From an uncultured Gammaproteobacteria bacterium (GTDB lineage: Bacteria > Pseudomonadota > Gammaproteobacteria > UBA9214), in assembly GCA_963710815.1 (NCBI GenBank), contig CAVQCA010000022.1:9872-73871 (forward strand): DNA of 64,000 nucleotides. The letters run 5' to 3'. The notes beneath the pieces are model-generated. The model saw only the letters and a list, made by a program, of their open reading frames with translations. It had not been told where the DNA came from and did no database searches. Position numbers and translations under genes: made by a program. The first letter of the stretch is position 1. Every line of letters begins with the position of its first letter. Of the stretch, positions 1 through 11,000 are shown piece by piece.

Positions 1-630
1 TGATCGGCATCCCCTCGGCTGTCGGCCTGATCGTCCTGGCGCGGCCGGTGCTGGCGACGTTGTTTCTGTACCATGACTTCACCGACCTGGGACGTGCGCA
101 TGTCGGGTTTGAGCCTGATGACGATGTCGTTCGGGTTGCCGGCCTTCATGCTGATCAAGGTGCTGGCCCCGGCATTCTACTCGCGCAAGGATCCGCGTAC
201 GCCGGTGCGCATCGCGGTGATTGCCCTGGTGACCAACTTCGTTTTCAACCTGATCATCGTGGTGCCGATGGCGCTCCTGGGGGTACCCGGCCCGCATGCG
301 GGACTGGCGCTGGCGACGTCCATCGCCGCCTATGTCAATGCCGGGCTGCTGTTCCGGGCTTTGTACCGCCGGCGGATTTACCGGCCACGCGCCGGATGGA
401 GGAAATACCTGATTCAGATCGGTCTGGCCGCCTCGGTGATGGCCGCTGTGTTGTGGTGGGGAGCGCCGGCCTTGCCGGAATGGGTCGCCTGGCCTGCGTA
501 TCATCGCGGCCTGGTCCTTCTGGCCTGGGTGTGCGCGGGGTCGGCGGCCTATTTTCTTGCGCTGCGCGCCGGCGGCCTGCGGGTTTCAACGCTGTGGCAT
601 GGCGAACATGCGGCCGGGGAGGGCGCATAA
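1..630 (+). CDS. murJ: Lipid II flippase MurJ/MviN, 3' part (starts before window)
   Basis: Hydrophobic ORF with FMLIKVLAPAFYSRKDPRTPV and HAGLALATS motifs; lies upstream of ribF. Confidence 0.93.
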
Positions 631-685
631 TGCGCGGTGTGGCATTATCCCCGGCGGTTTCTCGCACTGTTCGACGGATTTCCCG

Positions 686-1612
686 ATGGACCTGATTCGC
701 GGCATACATAACCTGCGTCCCCGCCACCGGGGTTGCGCCGCGACCATCGGCAATTTCGATGGCGTGCATCTCGGCCACCAGGCCGTGCTCGGGCAGTTAT
801 CTGAACGTGCCGGCGTGCTGCGTCTGCCGGTGACGGTGATTACCTTCGAACCGCAGCCACGGGAGTATTTCACCCCGGAGCAAGTGCCGCCGCGCCTGAC
901 GCGGTTGAGGGAGAAGGTGGAGACGCTGCGCCGGTTTGGCGTGGACCGGGTGCTGTGCCTGCGCTTCAACGACCACCTGGCCGGTCTGCCGCCGGAGGAA
1001 TTTATTCGCATCATTCTGCTGGAAGGGCTGGACGTGAAGTACCTCGTCGTGGGAGATGATTTCCGCTTCGGCAGGGACCGGGCCGGGGATTTCGACCTGC
1101 TCGAACGCGTCGGGGCCAGCCGGGGATTTCCGGTCGTGACCATGCACAGCTTCAGTATCGGCGGTGTCCGCGTCAGCAGCACGCGTGTCCGCGAAGCCCT
1201 GGAGGCCGGCGATCTGGCGACGGCCGAATCCCTGCTGGGCCGGCCTTACCGCATGAGCGGCCGGGTGGCGCATGGCGACAAACGCGGCCGCACGATCGGC
1301 TTTCCGACGGCCAATATCTATCTGCATCGCACGGCCACGCCGGTGCAGGGCGTGTTCGTGGTGGAGTTGTTCGGGCTCGAGGGCGAACCCGTGCGGGGCG
1401 TGGCCAATGTCGGCAACCGCCCGACCGTCGATGGTACGCGCAGCCTGCTCGAGGTCCACCTGTTTGATTTCCACCGGGAGATCTACGGCTGCCACGTGCA
1501 GGTAGAGTTCCTGCACAAACTCAGGCCGGAACGACGCTTCGAGAGCTTCGACGCCCTGAAGCGCCAGATCGAGGAGGATGCCGCCCGTGCGCGTGCCTGG
1601 TTTGGTAAATGA
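686..1612 (+). CDS. ribF: Bifunctional riboflavin kinase/FAD synthetase
   Basis: TIGNFDGVHLGH, VVGDDFRFG, GRTIGFPTAN, LEVHLFDF motifs; ATG at 686. Confidence 0.97.
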   Translation: MDLIRGIHNLRPRHRGCAATIGNFDGVHLGHQAVLGQLSERAGVLRLPVTVITFEPQPREYFTPEQVPPRLTRLREKVETLRRFGVDRVLCLRFNDHLAGLPPEEFIRIILLEGLDVKYLVVGDDFRFGRDRAGDFDLLERVGASRGFPVVTMHSFSIGGVRVSSTRVREALEAGDLATAESLLGRPYRMSGRVAHGDKRGRTIGFPTANIYLHRTATPVQGVFVVELFGLEGEPVRGVANVGNRPTVDGTRSLLEVHLFDFHREIYGCHVQVEFLHKLRPERRFESFDALKRQIEEDAARARAWFGK

Positions 1613-1613
1613 A

Positions 1614-2161
1614 TCAACGCAAAGGCGCAAAGAACGCAAAGGATTTCTTTTACTGAAATCTTATAGTTTTTTTTGTTCTTTATTACTTCGCGGCGCCATC
1701 ATCCTTTTTTGATTGGACAATAGCTGAAGGATTGATACCAGGGAGGGTGTCGATGAGCAGGGAAGATATACTTTCACACGAGATTATCAGCGCGGCAATT
1801 GAAGTCCACCGGTGTACAGGCCCCGGTATGCTGGAATCGGTGTATGAACAGTGCCTTTGTGTGGAGCTCGGGAAAAGGGATATTGGTTTTGAGCGGCAGG
1901 TCCGAATACCGGTAAACTATAAAGGCTGTATGATCAATTGCGGCTACCGCATGGATCTGCTTGTCGATGACCTCGTCGTTCTTGAACTGAAGGCAGTCAG
2001 CACGCTGGAAAGAATTCACGAAGCACAATTGCTGACCTACCTGAAACTCTCCGGAAAGCGGCTTGGGATATTAATGAATTTCAATGTTGTGCTTTTAAGA
2101 AATGGAATCAAGCGAGTTGTTAACGGTTTATAACTTTGCGCTCTTTGCGTCTTTGCGGTGA
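1614..2161. mobile_element. Candidate GxxExxY cassette bounded by 28-bp inverted arms
   Basis: Left arm 1614-1641 TCAACGCAAAGGCGCAAAGAACGCAAAG; right arm 2134-2161 CTTTGCGCTCTTTGCGTCTTTGCGGTGA (25/28 as inverted repeat); AT-richer than flanks; separates ribF from ileS. Confidence 0.75.
1753..2133 (+). CDS. GxxExxY protein (PD-(D/E)xK nuclease superfamily), 126 aa
   Basis: EVHRCTGPGMLESVY (G-x-x-E-x-x-Y), RMDLLVDDLVVLELK, HEAQLLTYLKLSGKRLGILMNF; GGAGG upstream of ATG 1753. Confidence 0.93.
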   Translation: MSREDILSHEIISAAIEVHRCTGPGMLESVYEQCLCVELGKRDIGFERQVRIPVNYKGCMINCGYRMDLLVDDLVVLELKAVSTLERIHEAQLLTYLKLSGKRLGILMNFNVVLLRNGIKRVVNGL

Positions 2162-2170
2162 GAAAAACAC

Positions 2171-5017
2171 GTGGCTGATTACAAAAATACCCTGAATCTT
2201 CCCAGTACGGCTTTCCCCATGAAGGGCAACCTGCCACAGCGCGAACCGGAGCTGCTCAAGCGCTGGGAAGACATGAACCTCTATGGTCTGCTGCGCGAGG
2301 CCGGCCGGGGACGACCTCGCTTCGTGTTGCATGACGGGCCGCCCTACGCCAATGGCGATATCCATATCGGCCATGCCGTCAACAAGGTTCTGAAGGATAT
2401 TATCGTCAAGAGCAAGACGCTGGGCGGGTTTGATGCACCCTACATCCCCGGCTGGGACTGCCATGGTCTGCCGATCGAGCTCAATGTCGAGAAAAAGGTC
2501 GGCAAACCGGGTGTCAAGGTGAATGCTGCGGAGTTCAGGAAGGCCTGCCGAGAGTACGCCAGCCGGCAGGTCGAGGGGCAGCGCCGTGATTTCATCCGTC
2601 TGGGCGTGGTGGGTGACTGGCAGCGGCCCTATCTCACCATGGACTACCGCGTCGAGGCCGACATCATCCGGGCGCTGGGTAAAATCATCGAGAATCGCCA
2701 TCTGACCAGGGGTTACAAGCCGGTGCACTGGTGTACGGACTGCGGTTCCGCACTGGCGGAAGCGGAGGTGGAATACGAGGACAAGGATTCCTTTGCCATC
2801 GACGTTCGTTTCCCGGTACTGAACGAGCAGGCGCTGCTGGCGCGCTGTCACCATGTCGGGGGGCACTGCGGTGAAGGTCCGCTCTCCGTCGTCATCTGGA
2901 CCACCACCCCCTGGACGCTGCCGGCCAACCGGGCGGTTGCGCTCAACCCGGGGCTGGACTACGTCGTGGTGCAGTGCGATGCCGGCCATGGCCAGGAGCG
3001 GTTGCTGCTGGCCGATGCGCTGCTCAAGGACGCCATGGGGCGATACGATGCCGAGAAATACCAGGTGCTGGCCTATTGCAAGGGCAGCGATCTGGAAGGG
3101 CTGCATCTGGCGCATCCCTTCTACCAGCGCGAGGTCCCGATCATACTCGGCGAGCATGTCACCACGGAGGCGGGTACCGGTGCGGTCCATACCGCACCCG
3201 GACATGGCCAGGAAGACTATATCGTCGGCAGGCGCTACCGGCTGGCGGTGGACAACCCGGTCGGCGGAGATGGCCGGTTTCTCCCGGATACCGAACTGTT
3301 CGCCGGCCAGCATGTCTTCATGGCCAACAATTCCGTCATCGAGGTGTTGAAGGGCCGGGGCGCGCTGGTGCATGAGGAGAAGCTGCGTCACAGCTACCCG
3401 CACTGCTGGCGGCACAAGACGCCGATCATCTTTCGCGCCACGCCACAGTGGTTCATCGGCATGGAGCAGAACCACCTGCGCACCGCGGCGCTCTCCGAGA
3501 TCCGGCAGGTGGAATGGAAGCCGGAGTGGGGGCAGGCGCGCATCGCCGGGATGGTGGAGAACCGCCCGGACTGGTGCATCTCGCGCCAGCGCACCTGGGG
3601 TGTGCCGCTGCCTCTGTTCGTGCACAAGGAGAGCGGCGAGCTTCATCCGGACAGCGCCGGCCACATCGAGGCGGTGGCGCGACGCGTCGAGGAGCGGGGC
3701 ATCGAGGCCTGGCATGAACTGGATCCGGTCGATCTGCTGGGTAACGCTGCTGCCGCCTACACCAAGATCGCCGATACGCTCGATGTCTGGTTCGACTCCG
3801 GCGTAACGCACTTCGCCGTGCTGCGCCGGCGTGAGGAACTCGCCTTTCCCGCCGACCTCTATCTCGAGGGCTCCGACCAGCATCGCGGCTGGTTCCAGTC
3901 CTCGCTGCTCACCTCGGTCGCCATGTGCGGTCTGGCGCCCTACAAGGGGGTGCTGACCCACGGCTTCACCGTCGATGCCGCTGGCCAGAAGATGTCCAAG
4001 TCACGGGGCAATGTGGTGGCGCCGCAGAAGGTGGTGAATGCCCTCGGTGCCGATATTCTGCGCCTGTGGGTGGCCGCGACCGACTACCGCGGCGAGATGG
4101 CGGTCTCGGACGAGATCCTGAAGCGCACCGGTGACGCCTATCGCCGCCTGCGCAACACGGCCCGTTTTCTGCTCGCCAACCTGAACGGGTTTGACCCCGC
4201 CCGGGACCTGCTTGATCCGCAGACGATGCTGGCTCTGGATCGCTGGACCATCGAGCGTACCCGCCGGTTGCAGGAGCAGGTAATACAGGCCTATGACGAG
4301 TATGAGTTCCACCGCATCTATCAGCTGGTGCACAACTTCTGCGCGGTGGATATGGGAAGTTTCTATCTGGATATCATCAAGGACCGGCAATACACGACGC
4401 GGGCCGACAGCATCCCGAGGCGCTCGGCACAGACGGCGATGTACCACGTGGTCGAGGCGCTCGCACGCTGGTTTGCGCCGATCATGAGCTTCACCGCCGA
4501 GGAAATCTGGCGGCACATCCCGGGTGAGCGCACCGCATCGGTTCTTCTGAGTACCTGGTATGAATTGCCGCAGACCGATCATACGGAAACCGAGGTCCTG
4601 CGGCATATGGATGCCGATTACTGGGAGCGGGTCATCGCGGTGCGTGTTGCCGTCAGCAAGGAGCTGGAAAAACTGCGAGTGGGCGGCGCGATCGGCTCCT
4701 CGCTCGATGCCGAGGTGGACCTCTATGCCGATGCGGAGACCGTCGAGCTGTTGCGTGCGCTGGAAGATGAGCTGCGTTTCGTGCTGATCACCTCCTATGC
4801 CCGCGTCCATGACGCTGCCGATCGTCCGGGTGAGGCGGTCGAGGCGGACCTTCCGGGGTTTCAGCTGTGGTTGCGGGCGGCGCCGTCGGAACACGCCAAG
4901 TGCGTGCGCTGCTGGCATCATCGCGAGGACGTGGGCGGTGACCCCGAGCACCCGCAGCTCTGTGGACGCTGTGTGGAGAACGTCGCGGGAGCGGGTGAAC
5001 AGCGCCGTTACGCCTGA
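2171..5017 (+). CDS. ileS: Isoleucyl-tRNA synthetase
   Basis: [21 protein letters not shown]-terminal CVRCW..CGRC zinc finger. Confidence 0.99.
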   Translation: MADYKNTLNLPSTAFPMKGNLPQREPELLKRWEDMNLYGLLREAGRGRPRFVLHDGPPYANGDIHIGHAVNKVLKDIIVKSKTLGGFDAPYIPGWDCHGLPIELNVEKKVGKPGVKVNAAEFRKACREYASRQVEGQRRDFIRLGVVGDWQRPYLTMDYRVEADIIRALGKIIENRHLTRGYKPVHWCTDCGSALAEAEVEYEDKDSFAIDVRFPVLNEQALLARCHHVGGHCGEGPLSVVIWTTTPWTLPANRAVALNPGLDYVVVQCDAGHGQERLLLADALLKDAMGRYDAEKYQVLAYCKGSDLEGLHLAHPFYQREVPIILGEHVTTEAGTGAVHTAPGHGQEDYIVGRRYRLAVDNPVGGDGRFLPDTELFAGQHVFMANNSVIEVLKGRGALVHEEKLRHSYPHCWRHKTPIIFRATPQWFIGMEQNHLRTAALSEIRQVEWKPEWGQARIAGMVENRPDWCISRQRTWGVPLPLFVHKESGELHPDSAGHIEAVARRVEERGIEAWHELDPVDLLGNAAAAYTKIADTLDVWFDSGVTHFAVLRRREELAFPADLYLEGSDQHRGWFQSSLLTSVAMCGLAPYKGVLTHGFTVDAAGQKMSKSRGNVVAPQKVVNALGADILRLWVAATDYRGEMAVSDEILKRTGDAYRRLRNTARFLLANLNGFDPARDLLDPQTMLALDRWTIERTRRLQEQVIQAYDEYEFHRIYQLVHNFCAVDMGSFYLDIIKDRQYTTRADSIPRRSAQTAMYHVVEALARWFAPIMSFTAEEIWRHIPGERTASVLLSTWYELPQTDHTETEVLRHMDADYWERVIAVRVAVSKELEKLRVGGAIGSSLDAEVDLYADAETVELLRALEDELRFVLITSYARVHDAADRPGEAVEADLPGFQLWLRAAPSEHAKCVRCWHHREDVGGDPEHPQLCGRCVENVAGAGEQRRYA

Positions 5018-5039
5018 ACCCCTGCCTGGAGAAACGGAA

Positions 5040-5516
5040 ATGAAATGGTACTGGCTCGCCGGCGTGGTGCTGGTTCTGGATCAAGGCAGCAAGCGGCTCG
5101 CCGATTCCCTGCTGGGCCCGCATGATGTGGTATCGCTGTTGCCGTTTCTGGCCTTGCGCAAGACCTATAATCCGGGCGCGGCCTTCAGCTTTCTTAGCAA
5201 TGCCTCCGGCTGGCAGCGCTGGTTCTTCGTGGGCCTGGCGCTGGTGGTGATCGGCGTGCTCGTGACCTGGCTGCGAAGGCTCCCCGCGGGTCAGGGCCGC
5301 CTGATTTATGGTCTCGCACTGATCCTCGGCGGGGCGGCAGGCAACCTCATCGACCGCCTGCTCTATGGCCATGTCATCGACTTTATCGACCTGTACTACA
5401 AGGCCTGGCACTGGCCTACCTTCAATATCGCCGATTCGGCGATCAGCATCGGCGCTGCGCTGCTGATACTGGATGCCTTCCTGGGACGCAGGGTGGCAGC
5501 TCCGGAAAGGCGATAA
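5040..5516 (+). CDS. lspA: Lipoprotein signal peptidase II
   Basis: [32 protein letters not shown] motifs. Confidence 0.97.
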   Translation: MKWYWLAGVVLVLDQGSKRLADSLLGPHDVVSLLPFLALRKTYNPGAAFSFLSNASGWQRWFFVGLALVVIGVLVTWLRRLPAGQGRLIYGLALILGGAAGNLIDRLLYGHVIDFIDLYYKAWHWPTFNIADSAISIGAALLILDAFLGRRVAAPERR

Positions 5517-5518
5517 GT

Positions 5519-5601
5519 TCACCGCAGAGTCACAGTGAACGCAGAGTGTTTTATTGTTTTCACTAAAGAATTTCTCTGCGTTCTTTGCGTCTTTGCGGTG
5601 A
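5519..5601. repeat. CGCAAAG hairpin element, 83 bp (28+27+28)
   Basis: Inverted arms TCACCGCAGAG.../...CTTTGCGGTGA around AT-rich spacer; begins 2 bp after lspA stop; outer-arm remnant to 5623. Confidence 0.9.
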
Positions 5602-5668
5602 AAAGATGTTCATCGATGCACACTAATTGTGGAAGTCTCGATAAGTCCGTAGCATCAAGGGGCGCGTT

Positions 5669-6121
5669 TTGATCAATGCTGTGATATATCCCATTGGCGC
5701 AGGCAGCACCGTGACCCTGCATCTGACACTCACCCTGGCGGACGGCACGGTCGCGGAAAGCTCGCTTGACGGTGAGCCGCATACCTTCACCATGGGTGAC
5801 GGGTCAATGCTGCACGGTCTGGAGCTGGCGCTCTACGGCTTGCGTCCCGGCGATACGCAGCGGCTGATGCTCCATGCAGAGCAGGCTTTCGGCAGGCGCG
5901 ACCCCGCCAGGATCCACTATCTGCCGCGCGCGGACTTTGCCGACGAGCTGGCGCTGGAACCCGGCCTCATCCTCGGGTTCACCACCCCTGAAGGCGATGA
6001 ACTCGCCGGGACCGTGTTGTCCTTCACGGCTGAAACCGTCGAGGTGGATTTCAACCACCCGCTGGCAGGCCATGCCCTGACCTTCGAAGTGAAAATCATC
6101 GATGTGATTCCCGGCGGATAG
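5669..6121 (+). CDS. fkpB: FKBP-type peptidyl-prolyl isomerase (SlpA/FkpB); start uncertain
   Basis: VTLHLTLTLADG, VEVDFNHPLAG; position between lspA and ispH. Confidence 0.92.
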   Translation: MINAVIYPIGAGSTVTLHLTLTLADGTVAESSLDGEPHTFTMGDGSMLHGLELALYGLRPGDTQRLMLHAEQAFGRRDPARIHYLPRADFADELALEPGLILGFTTPEGDELAGTVLSFTAETVEVDFNHPLAGHALTFEVKIIDVIPGG

Positions 6122-6153
6122 CGGTAAGCCGGTTGATGTTCACCGCTTGTTAT

Positions 6154-6362
6154 TCACCGCAGAGACGCAGAGGACACAGAGAGTCAATACGTCGTGAAAG
6201 ATAGATCAATGCAAAATATAATTGGATTATGTGCGGAAACTGCTTTCTCAACGCAAAGACGCAAAGACGCAAAGACGCAAAGTCGATTAATTGTTTTTGA
6301 AATAGATTTTCTTTGCGAACTTTGCGTCTTTGCGTTGAGTTGGTTCCTTTATGAACAGACAC
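6154..6362. repeat. Orphan CGCAGAG arm (6154-6181), full hairpin (6248-6338) and outer arm (6348-6362)
   Basis: TCACCGCAGAGACGCAGAGGACACAGAG; TCA(ACGCAAAG)x4 ... CTTTGCGTCTTTGCGTTGA; TTTATGAACAGACAC. Confidence 0.88.
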
Positions 6363-6384
6363 TGTCACACATGAATAATCATCC

Positions 6385-7318
6385 ATGCAAATCCTGCTAG
6401 CCAATCCGCGCGGTTTCTGCGCCGGTGTCGACCGCGCGATCGAGATTGTCGAGCGGGCGCTGGAACTGTTCGGCGCACCGATCTACGTCCGGCATGAGGT
6501 GGTGCACAACCGCCATGTCGTGGAGGGGTTGCGCGCGCGCGGCACGGTGTTCGTCGAAGAACTCGACGAGGTGCCGGATGATGCCACCGTCATATTCAGC
6601 GCACACGGCGTTTCACAAGCGGTGCACGAGGAAGGGGAGGGGCGACGGCCTGCGCGTATTCGATGCCACCTGTCCGCTGGTGACCAAGGTGCATCTTGAG
6701 GTCGCCGCCATGCCCGGGAGGGGCGCGAGTGTCGTCCTGATCGGCCACAAGGGACATCCGGAGGTGGAAGGCACCATGGGCCAGTACGATGGGTCCCTCG
6801 GCGGCGCCATGTATCTGGTCGAGACACCGCGGGATGTGGCGCAGCTGGTGGTGCGGAATCCGGACAATCTGGCGTTCGTCACCCAGACGACCCTGTCGGT
6901 CGATGACGCCGCCTCCGTCATCGACGGCTTGCGGAAGCGGTTTCCGCGGATCCAGGGACCGCGCAAGGATGATATCTGCTATGCCACCCAGAACCGGCAG
7001 GATGCCGTCAAGGCATTGGCCGGTCAATGTGATGTGTTCCTCGTGGTCGGCTCGCCCAACAGCTCCAACTCGAACCGGCTGCGCGAGATCGCCGAGAAGC
7101 AGGGCGTGGCGGCCTACCTCGTGGATGCGGCGGACGAGATCCGCCGGGAATGGGTGACGGGCAAACAGAGCGTCGGCGTCACTGCCGGGGCGTCCGCGCC
7201 CGAGGCCCTGGTCAACGACGTGGTTGAACGCCTGCGCGCCTGGGGCGGTGAAGTGGTGGAGGAGTTGCCGGGCCGCCGGGAGAGAGTGACCTTTTCGCTG
7301 CCGCGGGCGTTGCAGTAG
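6385..7318 (+). CDS. ispH: 4-hydroxy-3-methylbut-2-enyl diphosphate reductase; frameshift near 6635-6650, probably sequencing error
   Basis: [12 protein letters not shown] in one frame; [38 protein letters not shown] in the next; shift lies in a G-rich run. Confidence 0.93.
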
Positions 7319-7382
7319 CGGAGCCGGATCGATGTTAATGAGGCAACGACGGGAGGGTCACCGGGTAGTCATGTCACCAGCA

Positions 7383-7447
7383 CGTAGGGTGCGCCGTGCG
7401 CACCGCAGGTAGTGAATCCCAGTCCGGTGCGCACGGCGCACCCTACG
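7383..7447. repeat. GTAG-family REP doublet (REPIN-like)
   Basis: Perfect 23-bp inverted repeat CGTAGGGTGCGCCGTGCGCACCG, 19-bp spacer, between convergent ispH and pilE. Confidence 0.85.
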
Positions 7448-7504
7448 GGTGTAGGTATCCGGTTAGATTTTCCCGAAAGGGTGTGTGCGGTGTCGGCGTC
7501 CGGC

Positions 7505-7921
7505 CTATTTCCAGCAATCGCCGTCGGACAGCGGCCCGCTGACCGACTTGGTGCCCGTTGAGTCCAGCGTGAAGGTGCCGCATTTGTCGTTCGTCCTGCC
7601 CACCCTGCGGGGTGGCACTAACGGTAAAGGACGACGTTGGTCTGCGCTATCGATGCTTAGCATGTAATTTCCCTTGTCGGTCAGCTTATGGAAGATGTCT
7701 GCTGACGTCGTACCGAGCGTCGCACCGGCATAGGTGCCCTTGTCAGAGTAATAGCGCTCCAGCCGGTCCGCCAGCTCCAGCAGTTCACCCATACCCTCGG
7801 CGCGCCGCGACTTCATGACCTGGTCCCGGTAGGAGGGGTAGCCGAACGCGACGATAATGCCCAGGATCGCCACTACGATCATCGCCTCGATCAGGGTAAA
7901 GCCACGCATCATTCTGTTCAT
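7505..7921 (-). CDS. pilE: Type IV minor pilin PilE
   Basis: GFTLIEAMIVVAILGI prepilin motif, YPSY..V.KSRR, DKCGTFTLDSTG; apparent compensating indels near 7590-7640. Confidence 0.9.
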   Translation of the reverse strand: MNRMMRGFTLIEAMIVVAILGIIVAFGYPSYRDQVMKSRRAEGMGELLELADRLERYYSDKGTYAGATLGTTSADIFHKLTDKGNYMLSIDSADQRRPLPLVPPRRVGRTNDKCGTFTLDSTGTKSVSGPLSDGDCWK

Positions 7922-8023
7922 AGCAACCGTCCTGTTTTGCCTGCCTCCATGCCCCGGCAACGGGGCATGGCATCGGTTCTGAGCCTGCCCCGGCTGTTCT
8001 TGTCCAGCCAGGGCAGGGGTATC

Positions 8024-11000
8024 TCAATCGCTCAGGTCAATCCAGCTGCGCCGCCCGGCCGTGAGATTCGGGCCCAGGTGAACGTTGTTCGGATGACCTC
8101 GATTCAATCGTCGTCGCCGGTGAGCCGCGGGTGCCGAGCAGATCCTTGTCGATCGGCAGCAGGTGCTGCTCCGGCACGTGACCGGGGGCGTACCGGCGGT
8201 AGTGATCGTATTTCGCGAGGTCCGGGTTGTCCTTAAGCAGGTTCGCGAGATCTAACAGCGCCTGGTTGAGTTCGCCCTCGCTCGTGGCACCCTGTACCTT
8301 GTCAAGTGCTCGCACGTACTGCGAATACAGACTGTCCTGGTTCGAGGGGTCGCCAATACCGCTACCACAATCTTGGCCACCTGTACCTGTCGTCAGGCAG
8401 TCGTACTCGCCGTATGTCAAGCCGCCGAGTTCCTGCTTGAGCGCGCTGTTATAGCTGGAATCGCCGTAGCAGGGGATCGAGGCGGGGGGAGCACGACGCA
8501 GGTTGTCGGCCAGGTCGCTGTAGTGCCAGAACATGGTGAGCTCGTACAGCAGGCCGTTGTCTACGCCGCCGTTGTAAGCTTTGGTCATGAGCGTCGTGTT
8601 GTCAGTGTATGTCAGGATCACAGGGTTTTTGCTGCTCTTGGACGTGCTGAGTCTGAAGGCCCTCGCATACGTACCTCCGAAGCGTGTGCCGCCGCCGTTG
8701 GATACGGGCAGGGTGTTCGGATCCTGCAGGGGGCATTCGGTGTTGTCATAGTGGGCCGCTTGGCAATAAGTTCCCTGCTTAAAGTTGTCAACATCGATAA
8801 ACTGCACCGTCAGGGCGCCGTTGCGCCAGCGGTATTTGTTACCCTTTCCTTCCATGCTTTCGGTGATGTGCAGGTTGCGCGCCGGATCTCCTGACGTAGC
8901 CGACGGGCGGCGGCGGGGCTGGAGTGTTGTTCGAGCAGTTTGGGCTGCTGTAACTGTCCCAAGTAGTTGTTTCGGTGACGTCATATGAGAAGTCTGGCGC
9001 GTTGCTCAGCACTTGCTGATCCGTATAGCACACCGGGTCGCGGTAATCGTGCAGGCCCAGCACGCACTGCGAGCGTGTACCCACCACGCCGCCGTCGAGA
9101 ATGGACCGTTGGTTCAACTTCACCCGCACGCTGGGCGTACTGCCATCGCCACACTTGCCGTCGCTGCCGCCCGCCTTGGCGATGTCGTCCAGCGTGAACA
9201 CGAAGCCTGTATGGCCATCGAGTGTGAAGCTCCTCAAAGCACTTACAGGGTCGCCACTGGTCTCCAGTTTATTGGTGATCGTGTCCTCGTATTCAACCAC
9301 GGGCCAGCTGTCGCAGCCGATCTGCAGCTCCGCACTCGGGGAGAGATCGCCGTTGGCTACGACGATGATGAACTCCTTGTCGTTGGCAAGCCGCGTTGTC
9401 TGACCGCTGTTGCCGTAGACCTCGGATTCTGGCGTCGTTAGCGTCGTATCATAGGCGCGGTTGAGTTCGGGCACGACCGCCCCGATGCATCCGTCGCCCG
9501 CCACGACGCTGCCGCCGGGACAGACAGGGGGAGTGGTATCGGTGGCATTGGTCGTTGGAACGACGGGTGCGCCGATAAAGCTGGCCTTGCCGCGCCGGGG
9601 TTCCAGCCGGAACAGATCCACGTCAATGGTGTTGGTGACGGGATTGAAGAGATTGTTTGCGTCACTGTATTCGTGGAAGTGCCCGTCGACGGCGCCTCCC
9701 GCGCCATCGTGATCAGCCGCGGCCAACATGTCGTAGCCCTCGGTTTCGTCTACGTCACTTTGTGTTAAGGAGTAGTGTGGGGCGGCCGTACTGACGCTCG
9801 GCGCCATGGTGCCACCATAGGGGCTGTCCGTCTCCACGTCCAGATGGCCGTCAAGCAGTATGGGCGCAGGCTGGACCGGCAGGCGCAGGCCGTTGATGAG
9901 CATGATGTCCTGTCCCTGGCCCAGGCGGGCGATGTCCGGCTGGGAAATGTTGCCGTCGCCGAGCCCCACTCCGACGGGGAATTTGCCGCCGGTGTACTCG
10001 TCGCAGGCATCCAGCGACTGGTCGTGATTGGTGTTGAAGACAACTTCCCCGCCGTCGCCCCCGGTGAGGTAATCCAGGGACATCAGCCAGCTGGAGCCGG
10101 CTCCATCAGTCCCCGGGCCGCGTGTCACGACTGTCACGCGCCCGGCGCGAAGCTTGGGCGAACCCAGCACCTGTTCGTCAGCAGGCAAGGATACCCGCCA
10201 GCCTTTGGCTTTGGTGCATTGTGTCGGATCCTGACCCGTACACAGATAGTCGACCGAATTCGCGGTATCCATGTACCGGATGATATCGGCTGCCGGGGGG
10301 GTGGTGATCGTGCAGGGGGAGCTGTTGGTGAATGTCGGCTCGGTTGCATGCAGGGTCTGGTCGACGATCTTGGTTCCCGGGCCGCGGTCCCAGATGCCAT
10401 AGATGGCCTGCGGTGGATAGGTGTTCGCCGGATAGTTGGTCGACCCTCCCACTGATGCTGGATGGTGCCAGTGCCGAAGTAGACCATATAGCCGCCGTTT
10501 GGCTGGCTGCCGATTTCCGGTGCGGTGGTGATGGGTTGCAGCGGTGTTCCATCGGTGTCTATCTTGCCGGTGTATAGTTTGATCACCGTGTTATCGTGCA
10601 AATTGAAACGCCACATGTTGCCGCTGTCATCGCCGGCATAGGCGAAATCAACCACGCTATCACCGTCGGTGTCGACCAGCGTCGGGGCGGCGAGACCCTC
10701 TGCTACAGGTGCGCAAGAGGTGCCTTCGCAGGCGGATATTTTGGTCACGGTATAATCTTCCAGGCTGATGAGCAGCAGTCTGGCTTTGCCGCTGGTGCTG
10801 CCAAAACCGTTGCCGGTGACGATGTACCATTTGCCATTCGCCAGGCGGGCGATGGTCGGCGAGCCGTAGATATGGCCGATATCGGCGCCGGTCTTCTCGA
10901 ACAAGACCTTGTCGTTGCTGGCGTCCGGATTGGTGACATCCAGCGCGAACAGCCCCTTGGCGCCGGCTCCCAGGCCGCCGGTGAGCACGGTCTTCCAGTT

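Noticed and set aside
2120-3961. Long antisense/overlapping ORFs (e.g. 2120-3961, 20718-21929, 32437-33600, 38790-39941, 45959-47032, 58067-59092)
   Set aside because: Shadow ORFs of well-identified GC-rich genes with no motifs of their own.
5519-6404. Small ORFs with TAKTQRTQR / QRRKDAK / FASLR peptides (also 2037-2237, 50235-50513)
   Set aside because: They are translations of the hairpin repeats, not genes.
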